DNA of 64,000 nucleotides from an uncultured Gemmatimonadales bacterium. Lineage in GTDB: Bacteria > Gemmatimonadota > Gemmatimonadetes > Gemmatimonadales > GWC2-71-9. Positions 1-7,849 of the stretch are shown here, piece after piece. Position 1 is the first letter of the stretch, and the number at the start of each line of letters is the position of its first letter. A program made the translations under genes and the position numbers. The notes under the pieces are model-generated. The model did no database searches, was not told the DNA's origin, and saw nothing but the letters and a program-made list of their open reading frames with translations. The stretch spans positions 416,001-480,000 of the forward strand of contig CAVVKJ010000010.1 of NCBI GenBank assembly GCA_963748815.1, given 5' to 3'.

Positions 1-288
1 GGCCAGACGCTCCACGTGGGGCTCGCGCGTGGAAGCGGGATTGCGGCGCTGACGGTCGAGGACGAGGGCCCGGGTGTCTCGCGGGCCGAACGCACAAGTA
101 TCTGGAGCGCTTTCGAGCGCGGCACGGCAGCGCGGGGCGCCGCCAGCACCGGGCTGGGGTTGGGACTCGCCATCGTCAAGCACCTGACCGAGGCGGCGGG
201 CGGCACTGTTATGACCGATCAGGCGCCGGGCGGCGGCGCCCGGTTCACTGTTTCACTTCCCTCGCCCCCCGGTGCCCCTCCGATGTAG
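1..288 (+). CDS. Sensor histidine kinase, C-terminal HATPase_c fragment (truncated by window edge)
   Basis: VEDEGPGV (G1), FERG (F box), STGLGLGLAIVK (G2) and GGGARFTVSLP motifs. Confidence 0.9.
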   Translation, partial: GQTLHVGLARGSGIAALTVEDEGPGVSRAERTSIWSAFERGTAARGAASTGLGLGLAIVKHLTEAAGGTVMTDQAPGGGARFTVSLPSPPGAPPM

Positions 289-327
289 CCGCCCCTCTGC
301 CTCCCTGCTCTGCAGCGTCGCCTTCCG

Positions 328-345
328 CTCACACCAGCCTCACAC
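328..345 (+). promoter_or_regulatory. Tandem direct repeat CTCACAC-N4-CTCACAC, possible OmpR/PhoB-family regulator site
   Basis: 11-bp period direct repeat between the histidine kinase stop and the next gene start. Confidence 0.35.
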
Positions 346-438
346 ATTCGCACCGCCCTTCCGTACGTCTCCTTCCGTAATGCTCGATAGCTCGTCACGC
401 CGGCTGCTCCGGCGTCTGCACCCATCCTGTGAGGCCGC

Positions 439-1554
439 ATGATGCGCTCGGTGAATATCCTCTTCTGCGCGGTGTTTCTCACGCAGTGCGCAAGCGATCC
501 GAACGATCCCGCGGACTGCCCCACGGCGTCCAGCGCCTTTGCAGCCATTCTTGCCGACAGTTCCCGCGTCAACGGCGTGTACGGTGCCCAGGCCACGGTG
601 CTGATGCCCGGACATCCGGCCTGGCGCGGCGCCTATGGGAAGAACGGCACGAGCGACCCGATGCGTTCGAACCTGCTGATCGGCACCGGCAGCATCTCCA
701 AGATGTACACCATCGTGGCTGCGCTCCGGCTGGTTGATCAGGGCGCGATTGCCCTCGACGACACGCTGGGCCGGTGGTTCCCGAACACCCCGAACGTCAA
801 CCCCTCCATCCCGCTTCGCCTGCTCATGCAGCAAACCAGCGGCCTCGCCGACTATTCGGCAGCGCCGAACTTCGCGGCCACTATCCTGGCCGATCCCAAT
901 CGATTCTGGTACCCGGACGAACTGCTGCCGTTCATCGGGCCGCCGCTCTTTGCGCCCGGCACCAGCTGGAATGCCTCCAATACCAACCGGCTGCTGCTCG
1001 GCATCATCGTGAGCCGGGAGACGGGCAAGTCGCTCGGCACTTACATGCGGGAGGAACTCTGGCCCGGACGCAGCGAGAGCTGGCTCTCAGGCGAGGGCAC
1101 CCCGCCCGCCACCCTCGCCACGCAGTGGGCCACGAATGCCTCAGGCGCGCTCTACGACTACAGCGCGCGGTACTTCGGCCCGGCCCTGTTTTCCTCCCGT
1201 AACGAGGTGCAGGCGTCATCGGACGATATCGCGTCTTTCGCCCAACGACTCTTCGCGGGCAACCTCCTGAGCAGGGGCACCCGGGCCGCGATGCTGACAA
1301 TCGTCCCGGACGACGGCCGGATCCCCGGCCAGACCGGCGGCGGGCTCGGTATCCGGCGCTACAACTATCTCGGGCGAACCCTCTACGGCCACAGTGGCGC
1401 CACCCCCAACTCCACGGCCCTGGTCCTCTTCGACCCCGCCACCGGGGCCGTCGCTGCCGTGAGCATCAATCAGGGCGGGCCGAGCCACGGCAACTCGCAT
1501 TTCAGGACCACCCCTGCCCTTCTGCAGGCAGCCATCGCCTGCCTGGAGTCGTGA
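439..1554 (+). CDS. Exported serine hydrolase, beta-lactamase/D-Ala-D-Ala carboxypeptidase family (probable lipoprotein)
   Basis: SISK (SxxK), LRLLMQQTSGL, HSG motif; signal peptide ending LTQC; YxN position reads ASN. Confidence 0.85.
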   Translation: MMRSVNILFCAVFLTQCASDPNDPADCPTASSAFAAILADSSRVNGVYGAQATVLMPGHPAWRGAYGKNGTSDPMRSNLLIGTGSISKMYTIVAALRLVDQGAIALDDTLGRWFPNTPNVNPSIPLRLLMQQTSGLADYSAAPNFAATILADPNRFWYPDELLPFIGPPLFAPGTSWNASNTNRLLLGIIVSRETGKSLGTYMREELWPGRSESWLSGEGTPPATLATQWATNASGALYDYSARYFGPALFSSRNEVQASSDDIASFAQRLFAGNLLSRGTRAAMLTIVPDDGRIPGQTGGGLGIRRYNYLGRTLYGHSGATPNSTALVLFDPATGAVAAVSINQGGPSHGNSHFRTTPALLQAAIACLES

Positions 1555-1558
1555 GCCC

Positions 1559-3643
1559 ATGTCCATCGCACCGACATCCCCTCAGCCGACAAGTGAGCCT
1601 CGTATGCGAATGACGCGAATCCCAGTGGTCCGGAGCTCCACTGTCTCGATGCTCCTCGGTCTGGCCCTTTCAGTTGGGGGATGTGGCGGCGAGAGCTCGG
1701 GGCCCGATGAGGCGTCGGCGGACCTGTCGGCCACGCTGGCTGGGCCGGCGAGCCTGACGACCACCGACACGGCGACCTACACCGTCACCCTTCGGAACGA
1801 TGGTCCTGATGAGGCGACGAATGTGGTGGCCAGTCTTGAACTCCCAACGGGAATGGCGCCGGTTGCGGGGGAGCCGGTCACCGTTACGAGTGGCCGCGCC
1901 ACCTGGCCCGCCCTGGCGACCCTGGCCGCCGCGGGCAGCGTCGCACTGACAGTACGGCTGACGGCAACCTCGGTCGGGGCAGGAACACTGGTGGCACGTG
2001 CCTCTGGTAGCGTGAAGGACCCGCAGGGCTCCAACAATGATGGCAGCGCCTCTGGCGCCCGCGTTGCGGTCACAATCTCCATGACCCCAACCGCCACTGA
2101 CCTCCAGGTCTCCTTCCTCGGCACCCTCAACGGGGCGAGCGGCACGACCGTGGGTGCCAGCATCCAGGTTCGGAATGCTGGCCCGTTGGCCGCTGGCAAC
2201 GTCACCGCCGTGCTGATGCTTCCGGATGGGATCGCGGCTACGAATCTGGTGCCGGCCGGTGGGGTGCGGACCGCTGGGCGCATCACGTGGGCGCTCGGCG
2301 CGTTGGCCGCGGGAGGGACCACCACGATCACCCTCGATCTGGGCGTCCCGTTGTTGAGCCTGACAACACTGAACGCAACGGTGGCCAGTGATACCGACGA
2401 GGGCGTGCCCGGTAACAACGTCGCGTCAGCCGCCCTCCGCGCGGTCGTGGCGGCGGTGTACACGCTGGTTGGCGAGGCGAACGGCGACAACTTCGGTTGG
2501 ATCGCGCGCAGCATCGGCGACGTGAATGGGGACGGCCGGGAGGACGTGGTGATTACCGCGCCGTACAACGACGCCGGGGGTGTCAACGCGGGCCGAGGGT
2601 ATGTGTACTCCGGCGCATCGGGGCAGCTCTTGTATATGGTGACTGGCGACACTCCCAACGGCGAGCTCGGGCTGAGCGTGGATCCGGTGGGTGATATCAA
2701 CGGCGACGGCATCTCGGATATTGCCTTCGGCGCTCCCTTTGCCAGTACCGCGGCGGCTCCCGGGTATGTCCTCGTTGTCTCGGGGTCCAATGGCGCCACC
2801 CTCTTTCGGTTCGGGACTTCGGCTATCACCTTCGCCGGCTACAGCGTCGGTGAAGCGGGTGATCTCACGGCCGACGGCGTGCGCGATGTCCTCGTTGGTG
2901 TGCCGGGGCGAAGCCCGGCCGGGGTGCCCGGTGGCGGCAGTGTGTTTGTCGTGTCCGGTGCCACCGGCACGGTCGCAGCCATCGTGGATGGTACCGTCTC
3001 GAACGGCCTGTTCGGAGCGGGAACCCGTACTCTGGGGGACCTCAACGGCGACAACATTCCAGACTTCGCCGTGGGATCGTCCAATGAAGCCGGGGGTCGG
3101 GTCCGGGTCTACTCGGGGGCCGACGGTTCGCTGCTCTTCCCCGCGATTTCGGTCACCAACGGCGGGACGCTCGGCCAGTACTGGCTCTTTTCCCCGGGCG
3201 ACTACGACAACGACGGAATCCCCGACCTCTTCGCCGCCGACATCAACAACGCAACGGGGGGCTTCGATCAGGGGCAGGCCTACATCTTCTCGGGGGCGAC
3301 CGGGAACCGAATCCGCACCTTCAGCGGGGAATCCCCCAACGACCAGTTCGGCATGGGGCGCGTCGTGAGCGACCTGACCGGCGACGGGGTCGGAGACTTT
3401 GTGCTTGCCGGCTGGCTCAGGAGCGAAGGGGCACCCCAAGCGGGGAAGATGTACGTGGTGGACGGCGCGACGGGGGCGACGCTCCGGTCGCTGGTGTCCG
3501 TCGTTCCGAATGAGACGCTCGGCTTTGACGTCCTGGGGATGGGCGACGTGACGGGTGATGGCCTGGAGGACTATATGATCACCGCGGGACAGTTCACCGG
3601 CCCCGGAAAGGCGTACCTGATTGCGGGGGTGCCGCTGCCGTAG
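1559..3643 (+). CDS. Surface lipoprotein with two DUF11-like Ig domains and FG-GAP (integrin-alpha-like) propeller repeats
   Basis: Two ADL/TDL..YTVTLRNDGP..NN DUF11-type units; ~7 GD[VIL]xGDG/GDYDNDG Ca-binding repeats; lipobox-like LSVGGC; true start may be 1604-1649. Confidence 0.85.
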   Translation: MSIAPTSPQPTSEPRMRMTRIPVVRSSTVSMLLGLALSVGGCGGESSGPDEASADLSATLAGPASLTTTDTATYTVTLRNDGPDEATNVVASLELPTGMAPVAGEPVTVTSGRATWPALATLAAAGSVALTVRLTATSVGAGTLVARASGSVKDPQGSNNDGSASGARVAVTISMTPTATDLQVSFLGTLNGASGTTVGASIQVRNAGPLAAGNVTAVLMLPDGIAATNLVPAGGVRTAGRITWALGALAAGGTTTITLDLGVPLLSLTTLNATVASDTDEGVPGNNVASAALRAVVAAVYTLVGEANGDNFGWIARSIGDVNGDGREDVVITAPYNDAGGVNAGRGYVYSGASGQLLYMVTGDTPNGELGLSVDPVGDINGDGISDIAFGAPFASTAAAPGYVLVVSGSNGATLFRFGTSAITFAGYSVGEAGDLTADGVRDVLVGVPGRSPAGVPGGGSVFVVSGATGTVAAIVDGTVSNGLFGAGTRTLGDLNGDNIPDFAVGSSNEAGGRVRVYSGADGSLLFPAISVTNGGTLGQYWLFSPGDYDNDGIPDLFAADINNATGGFDQGQAYIFSGATGNRIRTFSGESPNDQFGMGRVVSDLTGDGVGDFVLAGWLRSEGAPQAGKMYVVDGATGATLRSLVSVVPNETLGFDVLGMGDVTGDGLEDYMITAGQFTGPGKAYLIAGVPLP

Positions 3644-3671
3644 GAGGAGCTGGAGACCAGGGAGCGCGCAA

Positions 3672-3703
3672 AGACCCCGCCGTCCAGCGAGACGGCGGGG
3701 TCT
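3672..3703. terminator. Hairpin between convergent CDS and tRNA, likely bidirectional terminator
   Basis: AGACCCCGCCGTC-cagcga-GACGGCGGGGTCT, perfect 13-bp stem. Confidence 0.7.
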
Positions 3704-3714
3704 GTCATTGCTCA

Positions 3715-3800
<86 letters not shown>

Positions 3801-3856
3801 GATAACGAGTTGGGGCATTCTGCCAAGCTGGCGGGTGGTGGGGTGTGCCGGGAACG

Positions 3857-3895
3857 ATGCTCCCGCGTCCACCGCGCACGGTGGACGGCGAGCAT
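3857..3895 (-). terminator. Hairpin downstream of the M48 peptidase gene
   Basis: ATGCTC..CGTCCACCG-cgca-CGGTGGACG..GAGCAT. Confidence 0.5.
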
Positions 3896-3928
3896 ATCGG
3901 TTTGGTGAGCATGAAGTGTCAGCGGCTC

Positions 3929-5251
3929 CTATCGACCGGCTTCATGGAGCAGGTGTTCCGCTCGCCACCGCATCGCCATGAAGATGCGGTTGCGCCCACT
4001 CGGATGCGTATAGAACACCGTCTCTTCGATCCAAGGCGGGTCGAGTCGCCTGGCGTCCGCATCACGAATCATGAACTCGGCAAGGCCCAGGGGCTGCTGG
4101 GAAGCGTTGAGGCCGTAGAGGTCCGCTTCCGTCTCTTGCCCACGGGTGATGCTGTTGGACAATGGCATCGAGAGGATGCCCCAGAGCATGAGCAGACACC
4201 AAAAGAGCGGCAAACCGCCAATATCGCCTGGGCCGCTGACGTCCCACCGAGGTCCGAATCTCCCGATCAGCTGTAGCAGACCCCAACCGACGAACAGGAA
4301 GCCCATCCCCGTGACCAGGGTGTCGAAGACGATACCCTTCACGACGTGCGAGAGTACATAGTGACCGATCTCGTGCGCCATGACCATCTCGACTTCCCGA
4401 TCCGGCGTCGCGGCGATCGTATTGTCGTCCAGGACGATCTGGGCCGTCCCGCCAAACCCTGAGACATGGGCGTTGAGTAGCACGCTCTGCCTGGAGGCAT
4501 CCTGCATGAACACGTCTGTGGCAGGCACCCCGCTGGCCCGGGCGAGCGAAAGGATTGCCTGCTTCTGCGGCCCATCGGCCATCGGCCTGATCTGGTTGAA
4601 CAGCGGGTCAAAGTACTGTGGACCGAGCATCACGAAGCTGGCGGACAGGAGAGCGTACACCGCCGTGGCCCACCCGGCCCAGCCCTGGGGTCGCCGCCGG
4701 ATCAGCCAATAGATAGCGACCACCCCGACGATGTAGAACACCGTTAAGATCGCCCATTGCAGGGTCGTATCGGTGAGCCACTGCAGGTAGGGGGCACGCG
4801 AAAAGCCCGCCTGCCGAAACCGGACGAACCCGGCATAGGTACTGACTGGAAGGCCGAGCAGGAAGAAGGTCGCGAGGACCTGAAGCGCCACCATCGCGTC
4901 CTGTGCAGGCGCAAACGACGAGACGCGCCGAGCGAGGCCGCGCATTGCGGTCGCCGCACCGGAAAACATGAGGAGCGCTGCCGTTCCAACGAGGGCGATG
5001 ATCCGAAGGGGGAGGGCGATGTACCGTGTATTTTCGAACGCGTCACCCCGCGCCCGCGCCGTGGGGGGAATCCGATCCAGGTACGCGGCGGTCGCCGCGG
5101 CAGGGTCCGCTGGCAGAGCCGCATACCAAGCGGAGTCGACCTCCGCCCCATGTGCGTCTGTCCGTGTCGGTATGGGCTGACTGCCGACAACGAAGCCCCA
5201 GACGAGGGCGCTCAGGACTGCCACGGAGACAAAACCCAGCCAGGTCTTCAC
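3929..5251 (-). CDS. M48 family (Ste24-like) membrane zinc metalloprotease
   Basis: AHEIGH (HExxH), NAHVSGFG, ETEADLYG, YTHPS; several TM helices; start uncertain (GTG 5251, ORF open to 5293). Confidence 0.92.
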   Translation of the reverse strand: MKTWLGFVSVAVLSALVWGFVVGSQPIPTRTDAHGAEVDSAWYAALPADPAAATAAYLDRIPPTARARGDAFENTRYIALPLRIIALVGTAALLMFSGAATAMRGLARRVSSFAPAQDAMVALQVLATFFLLGLPVSTYAGFVRFRQAGFSRAPYLQWLTDTTLQWAILTVFYIVGVVAIYWLIRRRPQGWAGWATAVYALLSASFVMLGPQYFDPLFNQIRPMADGPQKQAILSLARASGVPATDVFMQDASRQSVLLNAHVSGFGGTAQIVLDDNTIAATPDREVEMVMAHEIGHYVLSHVVKGIVFDTLVTGMGFLFVGWGLLQLIGRFGPRWDVSGPGDIGGLPLFWCLLMLWGILSMPLSNSITRGQETEADLYGLNASQQPLGLAEFMIRDADARRLDPPWIEETVFYTHPSGRNRIFMAMRWRAEHLLHEAGR

Positions 5252-5539
5252 GACCCCCCCGAATCCTCTGAACCGTACACAAAGATCGGGCACGGCTCCG
5301 GACGAACTGGCGGATCAGCGGCGAGGCGGTCGAAGGTGTCGGTCAGGTCATTGGCTCGCCGATGAGGGACGTCCTCAACCTACGGTTCAGCGGTCGGCTA
5401 CGCCAGCGACTGTGCACAGAACCTGTGCAAGATCAGATACGCCAAAGGTGCGAAACCCAGTCCTGAGGCTTCGCACCGCTTCCGTGCGAACCGGCTGATT
5501 CGTACGGAATTACTGCGACAATCACCCTGATCTCGGCGC

Positions 5540-5592
5540 GCTCCCAAAGCAGGCGCTCTACCAGGCTAAGCTACGCCCCGAACGACCTGCAA
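5540..5592 (-). repeat. 53-bp direct repeat, copy 2: truncated 5' half of tRNA-Pro(TGG), att-like scar
   Basis: GCTCCCAAAGCAGGCGCTCTACCAGGCTAAGCTACGCCCCGAACGACCTGCAA identical to 3748-3800; no T arm follows. Confidence 0.95.
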
Positions 5593-5626
5593 AATTTCCG
5601 AGGTGACGGAGCCTGCGAAGCTCGAC

Positions 5627-5809
5627 CCGTGGCTAAAGCCACGGCTCGGCTAGTGTCACTAAAGTGACGTGGAATCAATTCTCGCTCCCCATCTCTGAAA
5701 TCGAGATCCTCAAAGTCTCCCAGCTGCCAAGATGATGGCGTGCCCGACCATCGTGGGAAGCCCACGCGTCGCTTTAGCGACACCAGCCGAGCCGCCGCTT
5801 CAGCGGCGG
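5627..5809. repeat. Inverted pair of 42-bp double-hairpin (REP-like) elements at 5627-5668 and 5768-5809
   Basis: CCGTGGCT-AA-AGCCACGG-ctcggctagt-GTCACT-AA-AGTGAC versus reverse complement CCGCCGCT-GA-AGCGGCGG-ctcggctggt-GTCGCT-AA-AGCGAC. Confidence 0.8.
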
Positions 5810-5862
5810 ACTCGCGCAACCATATTTCGCGTGTTCGTACACGCGTCCCATGCCCGAGCCGC

Positions 5863-6070
5863 CTACCGTGCCAGGTCGACTTGCAGCAGCGCCCGATATT
5901 TCCCCGCCACCCGCCGGGCGGTCTCCACCGCATCCCCCGTCGGCTCCGTCGGAAACGTGCCGGTCTCGTTCGACCACGCCTGTTCCCACGCGCACATCGC
6001 CGCCGCAAACGGGGCCCGGTCGAATGGAACCCCAGTGGCGACCGATAGGCAGTGGCGAGCAGCTGCTGCC
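5863..6070 (-). pseudogene. Collapsed remnant of an alpha-N-acetylglucosaminidase homolog (C-terminus plus one internal fragment)
   Basis: 5911-6027 matches 7877-7993 at 113/117 nt; translates SVATGVPFDRAPFAAAMCAWEQAWSNETG..; upstream QQLLATAYR matches internal QLLLATAYR of the full gene. Confidence 0.85.
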
Positions 6071-6183
6071 CCCGATGACCATCCTCCGCGACCTCCATCG
6101 CCCATGCGGATCATCCACAGTCCCACCGAGCGCACCAGACGGCTGCGTGCCCCGCGACGGCTGTCGTCTACCTGCGGGTCAGA

Positions 6184-6220
6184 ATATGCGCTTGCCAGCA
6201 TATGCGCTGGTGTGTATATT
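6184..6220 (+). promoter_or_regulatory. Sigma70-type promoter overlapped by two ArsR/SmtB-like inverted repeats
   Basis: TTGCCA(6192)-17-TATATT(6215); ATATGC-N8-GCATAT (6184-6203) and ATATGC-N8-GTATAT (6200-6219); ATG 5 nt after the -10. Confidence 0.7.
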
Positions 6221-6225
6221 CAGGT

Positions 6226-6525
6226 ATGGACGAACTCAAGCCCCTCCTGATCGCCATCGCCGAGCCCACCCGGCTGGGTGCCCTCCGCCTCCTCTGGGAC
6301 GGTCAGGAGCACTGTGTCTGTGAGCTGATGGAACGGCTCGGCGCCTCACAGTCACGTATGTCCCGGCACATGTCCCAGCTGAAGCGGGTCGGCCTCGTCG
6401 TCGATCGCCGGGACGCCCAGTGGGTGCGGTATCGCCGGAACCCTGCCCTCCCAAAGCCGCAAGTCCGCATCGTTGAGGCCGTCCTGGCCACCCTCGGCTC
6501 GCCCCCCGTCAGGAAGGTCGCATGA
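6226..6525 (+). CDS. arsR: ArsR/SmtB family metalloregulator
   Basis: AEPTRL..HCVCEL..SQSRMSRHMSQLKRVGLV..RRDAQWVRY winged HTH with CVC motif. Confidence 0.9.
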   Translation: MDELKPLLIAIAEPTRLGALRLLWDGQEHCVCELMERLGASQSRMSRHMSQLKRVGLVVDRRDAQWVRYRRNPALPKPQVRIVEAVLATLGSPPVRKVA

Positions 6526-7586
6526 GCACCAGCGCGGCTCTCCCCACTCCCGGGCGGCAGCCGGCGCCATCCACCGTCAAATGGCTCAGCTTCACGCTGG
6601 GCGCGATAGTGCTCTGGTTCGTCGTCTACAGCCAGCTGGTGCCGTTTTCGGAGTGGGTCTCCGCCGGTCTCGGCATGGAGCGCGGGACCCACCTCGAGGA
6701 GGCCGTCCGCTTCTTCGTGTACGACACGCCGAAGGTCCTGCTGCTGCTCACGCTGGTGGTCTTCGTGATGGGCGTGGTGCGGAGCTATTTCTCTCCCGAG
6801 CGGACCCGCGCGCTGCTGAGCGGCCGGAGCGAAGGCGCCGGGAATGTGGCGGCGGCGGGACTCGGCATCTTCACCCCGTTCTGCTCCTGCTCCGCCGTCC
6901 CGCTCTTCGTCGGGTTCGTGTCCGCGGGCGTGCCGCTCGGGGTGACGTTCTCGTTCCTCATTGCGGCGCCCATGATCAACGAGGTGGCGCTGGGGCTGCT
7001 CTTTGCCCTGCTGGGCTGGAAAGTTGCGGTCGCGTACCTCGGGTTCGGGCTGGGGGTCGCCATCGTCGCCGGTTGGGTGATCGGGCGCCTGCACCTGGAA
7101 GGCTGGCTCGAGCCATGGGTCCGGGAGGTGCGCGCGGCCGATGCCATCGTGCCGTCGGGAGCGTCGACCCTCGTCGACCGGTTGAAGGAGGGCGTGAGCG
7201 CCATGCGGGAGATCGTCGGCCGGGTCTGGATGTGGCTGATCGCTGGAATCGCTGTCGGCGCCTTCATTCACGGCTTCGTGCCGGCGGATCTCCTGGCGAC
7301 CATCATGGGGAAGGAATCGTGGTGGTCGGTCCCGGCCGCGGTTCTCCTCGGCATCCCGATGTACTCCAATGCCGCGGGCATCATTCCGGTCGTCGAGGCG
7401 CTGCTCGGCAAGGGCGCGGCGCTGGGGACCGTCCTGGCCTTCATGATGTCGGTGATTGCGCTTTCGCTCCCCGAGGCGATCATCCTGCGGAAGGTGCTCA
7501 CCCCGAAGCTACTGGCGGTCTTCCTGGGGGTCGTGGGGGTGGGCATCCTGTCCGTCGGGTTCCTCTTCAACCTTCTCTTTACCTGA
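6522..7586 (+). CDS. arsP: ArsP/DUF318 family permease
   Basis: TPFCSCSAVPLF, SFLIAAPMINEV, GIPMYSN, LSLPE motifs; ATGA overlap with arsR. Confidence 0.88.
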   Translation: MSTSAALPTPGRQPAPSTVKWLSFTLGAIVLWFVVYSQLVPFSEWVSAGLGMERGTHLEEAVRFFVYDTPKVLLLLTLVVFVMGVVRSYFSPERTRALLSGRSEGAGNVAAAGLGIFTPFCSCSAVPLFVGFVSAGVPLGVTFSFLIAAPMINEVALGLLFALLGWKVAVAYLGFGLGVAIVAGWVIGRLHLEGWLEPWVREVRAADAIVPSGASTLVDRLKEGVSAMREIVGRVWMWLIAGIAVGAFIHGFVPADLLATIMGKESWWSVPAAVLLGIPMYSNAAGIIPVVEALLGKGAALGTVLAFMMSVIALSLPEAIILRKVLTPKLLAVFLGVVGVGILSVGFLFNLLFT

Positions 7587-7602
7587 TCCAAGGCAGGGCA
7601 TC

Positions 7603-7836
7603 ATGATCGATATCAAGGTACTCGGCTCCGGCTGCTCCAATTGCAAGTCTACCGCTGGGTTGATCGAGACGGTCGCCCGGGCCAAAGGGGTCGAGATCAC
7701 CCTCACCAAGGTCGAGGGGATGAAAGAGATCATGTCCTACGGCATCATGTCCACTCCCGGCGTGGTGCTCGACGGGCAGGTCGTGCACGCCGGCGGCGTA
7801 CCGGCCCGAGCCAAGGTTGAAGGATGGTTCGCCTGA
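7603..7836 (+). CDS. Small thioredoxin-like redox-active disulfide protein (MTH895/Thioredoxin_3 type)
   Basis: IKVLGSGCSNC..IMSYGIMSTPGVVLDG. Confidence 0.9.
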   Translation: MIDIKVLGSGCSNCKSTAGLIETVARAKGVEITLTKVEGMKEIMSYGIMSTPGVVLDGQVVHAGGVPARAKVEGWFA

Positions 7837-7849
7837 CCGGCGTGCCGTC

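Noticed and set aside
5310..5352. Minus-strand TDTFDRLAA resembling the start of a Ser/Thr kinase gene
   Set aside because: Too short to support, and no kinase motifs follow.
5374..5412. CAACCTACGGTTCAGCGG resembling the start of an integron attC site
   Set aside because: No complementary arm or GTTRRRY end, not placed after a stop codon, and no intI.
6522..7836. Possible selenoproteins (in-frame UGA), given selC
   Set aside because: The redox motifs I checked use Cys codons (CSC, CSNC), and I saw no gene whose homology continues in frame past a TGA. A formal SECIS scan was not possible.
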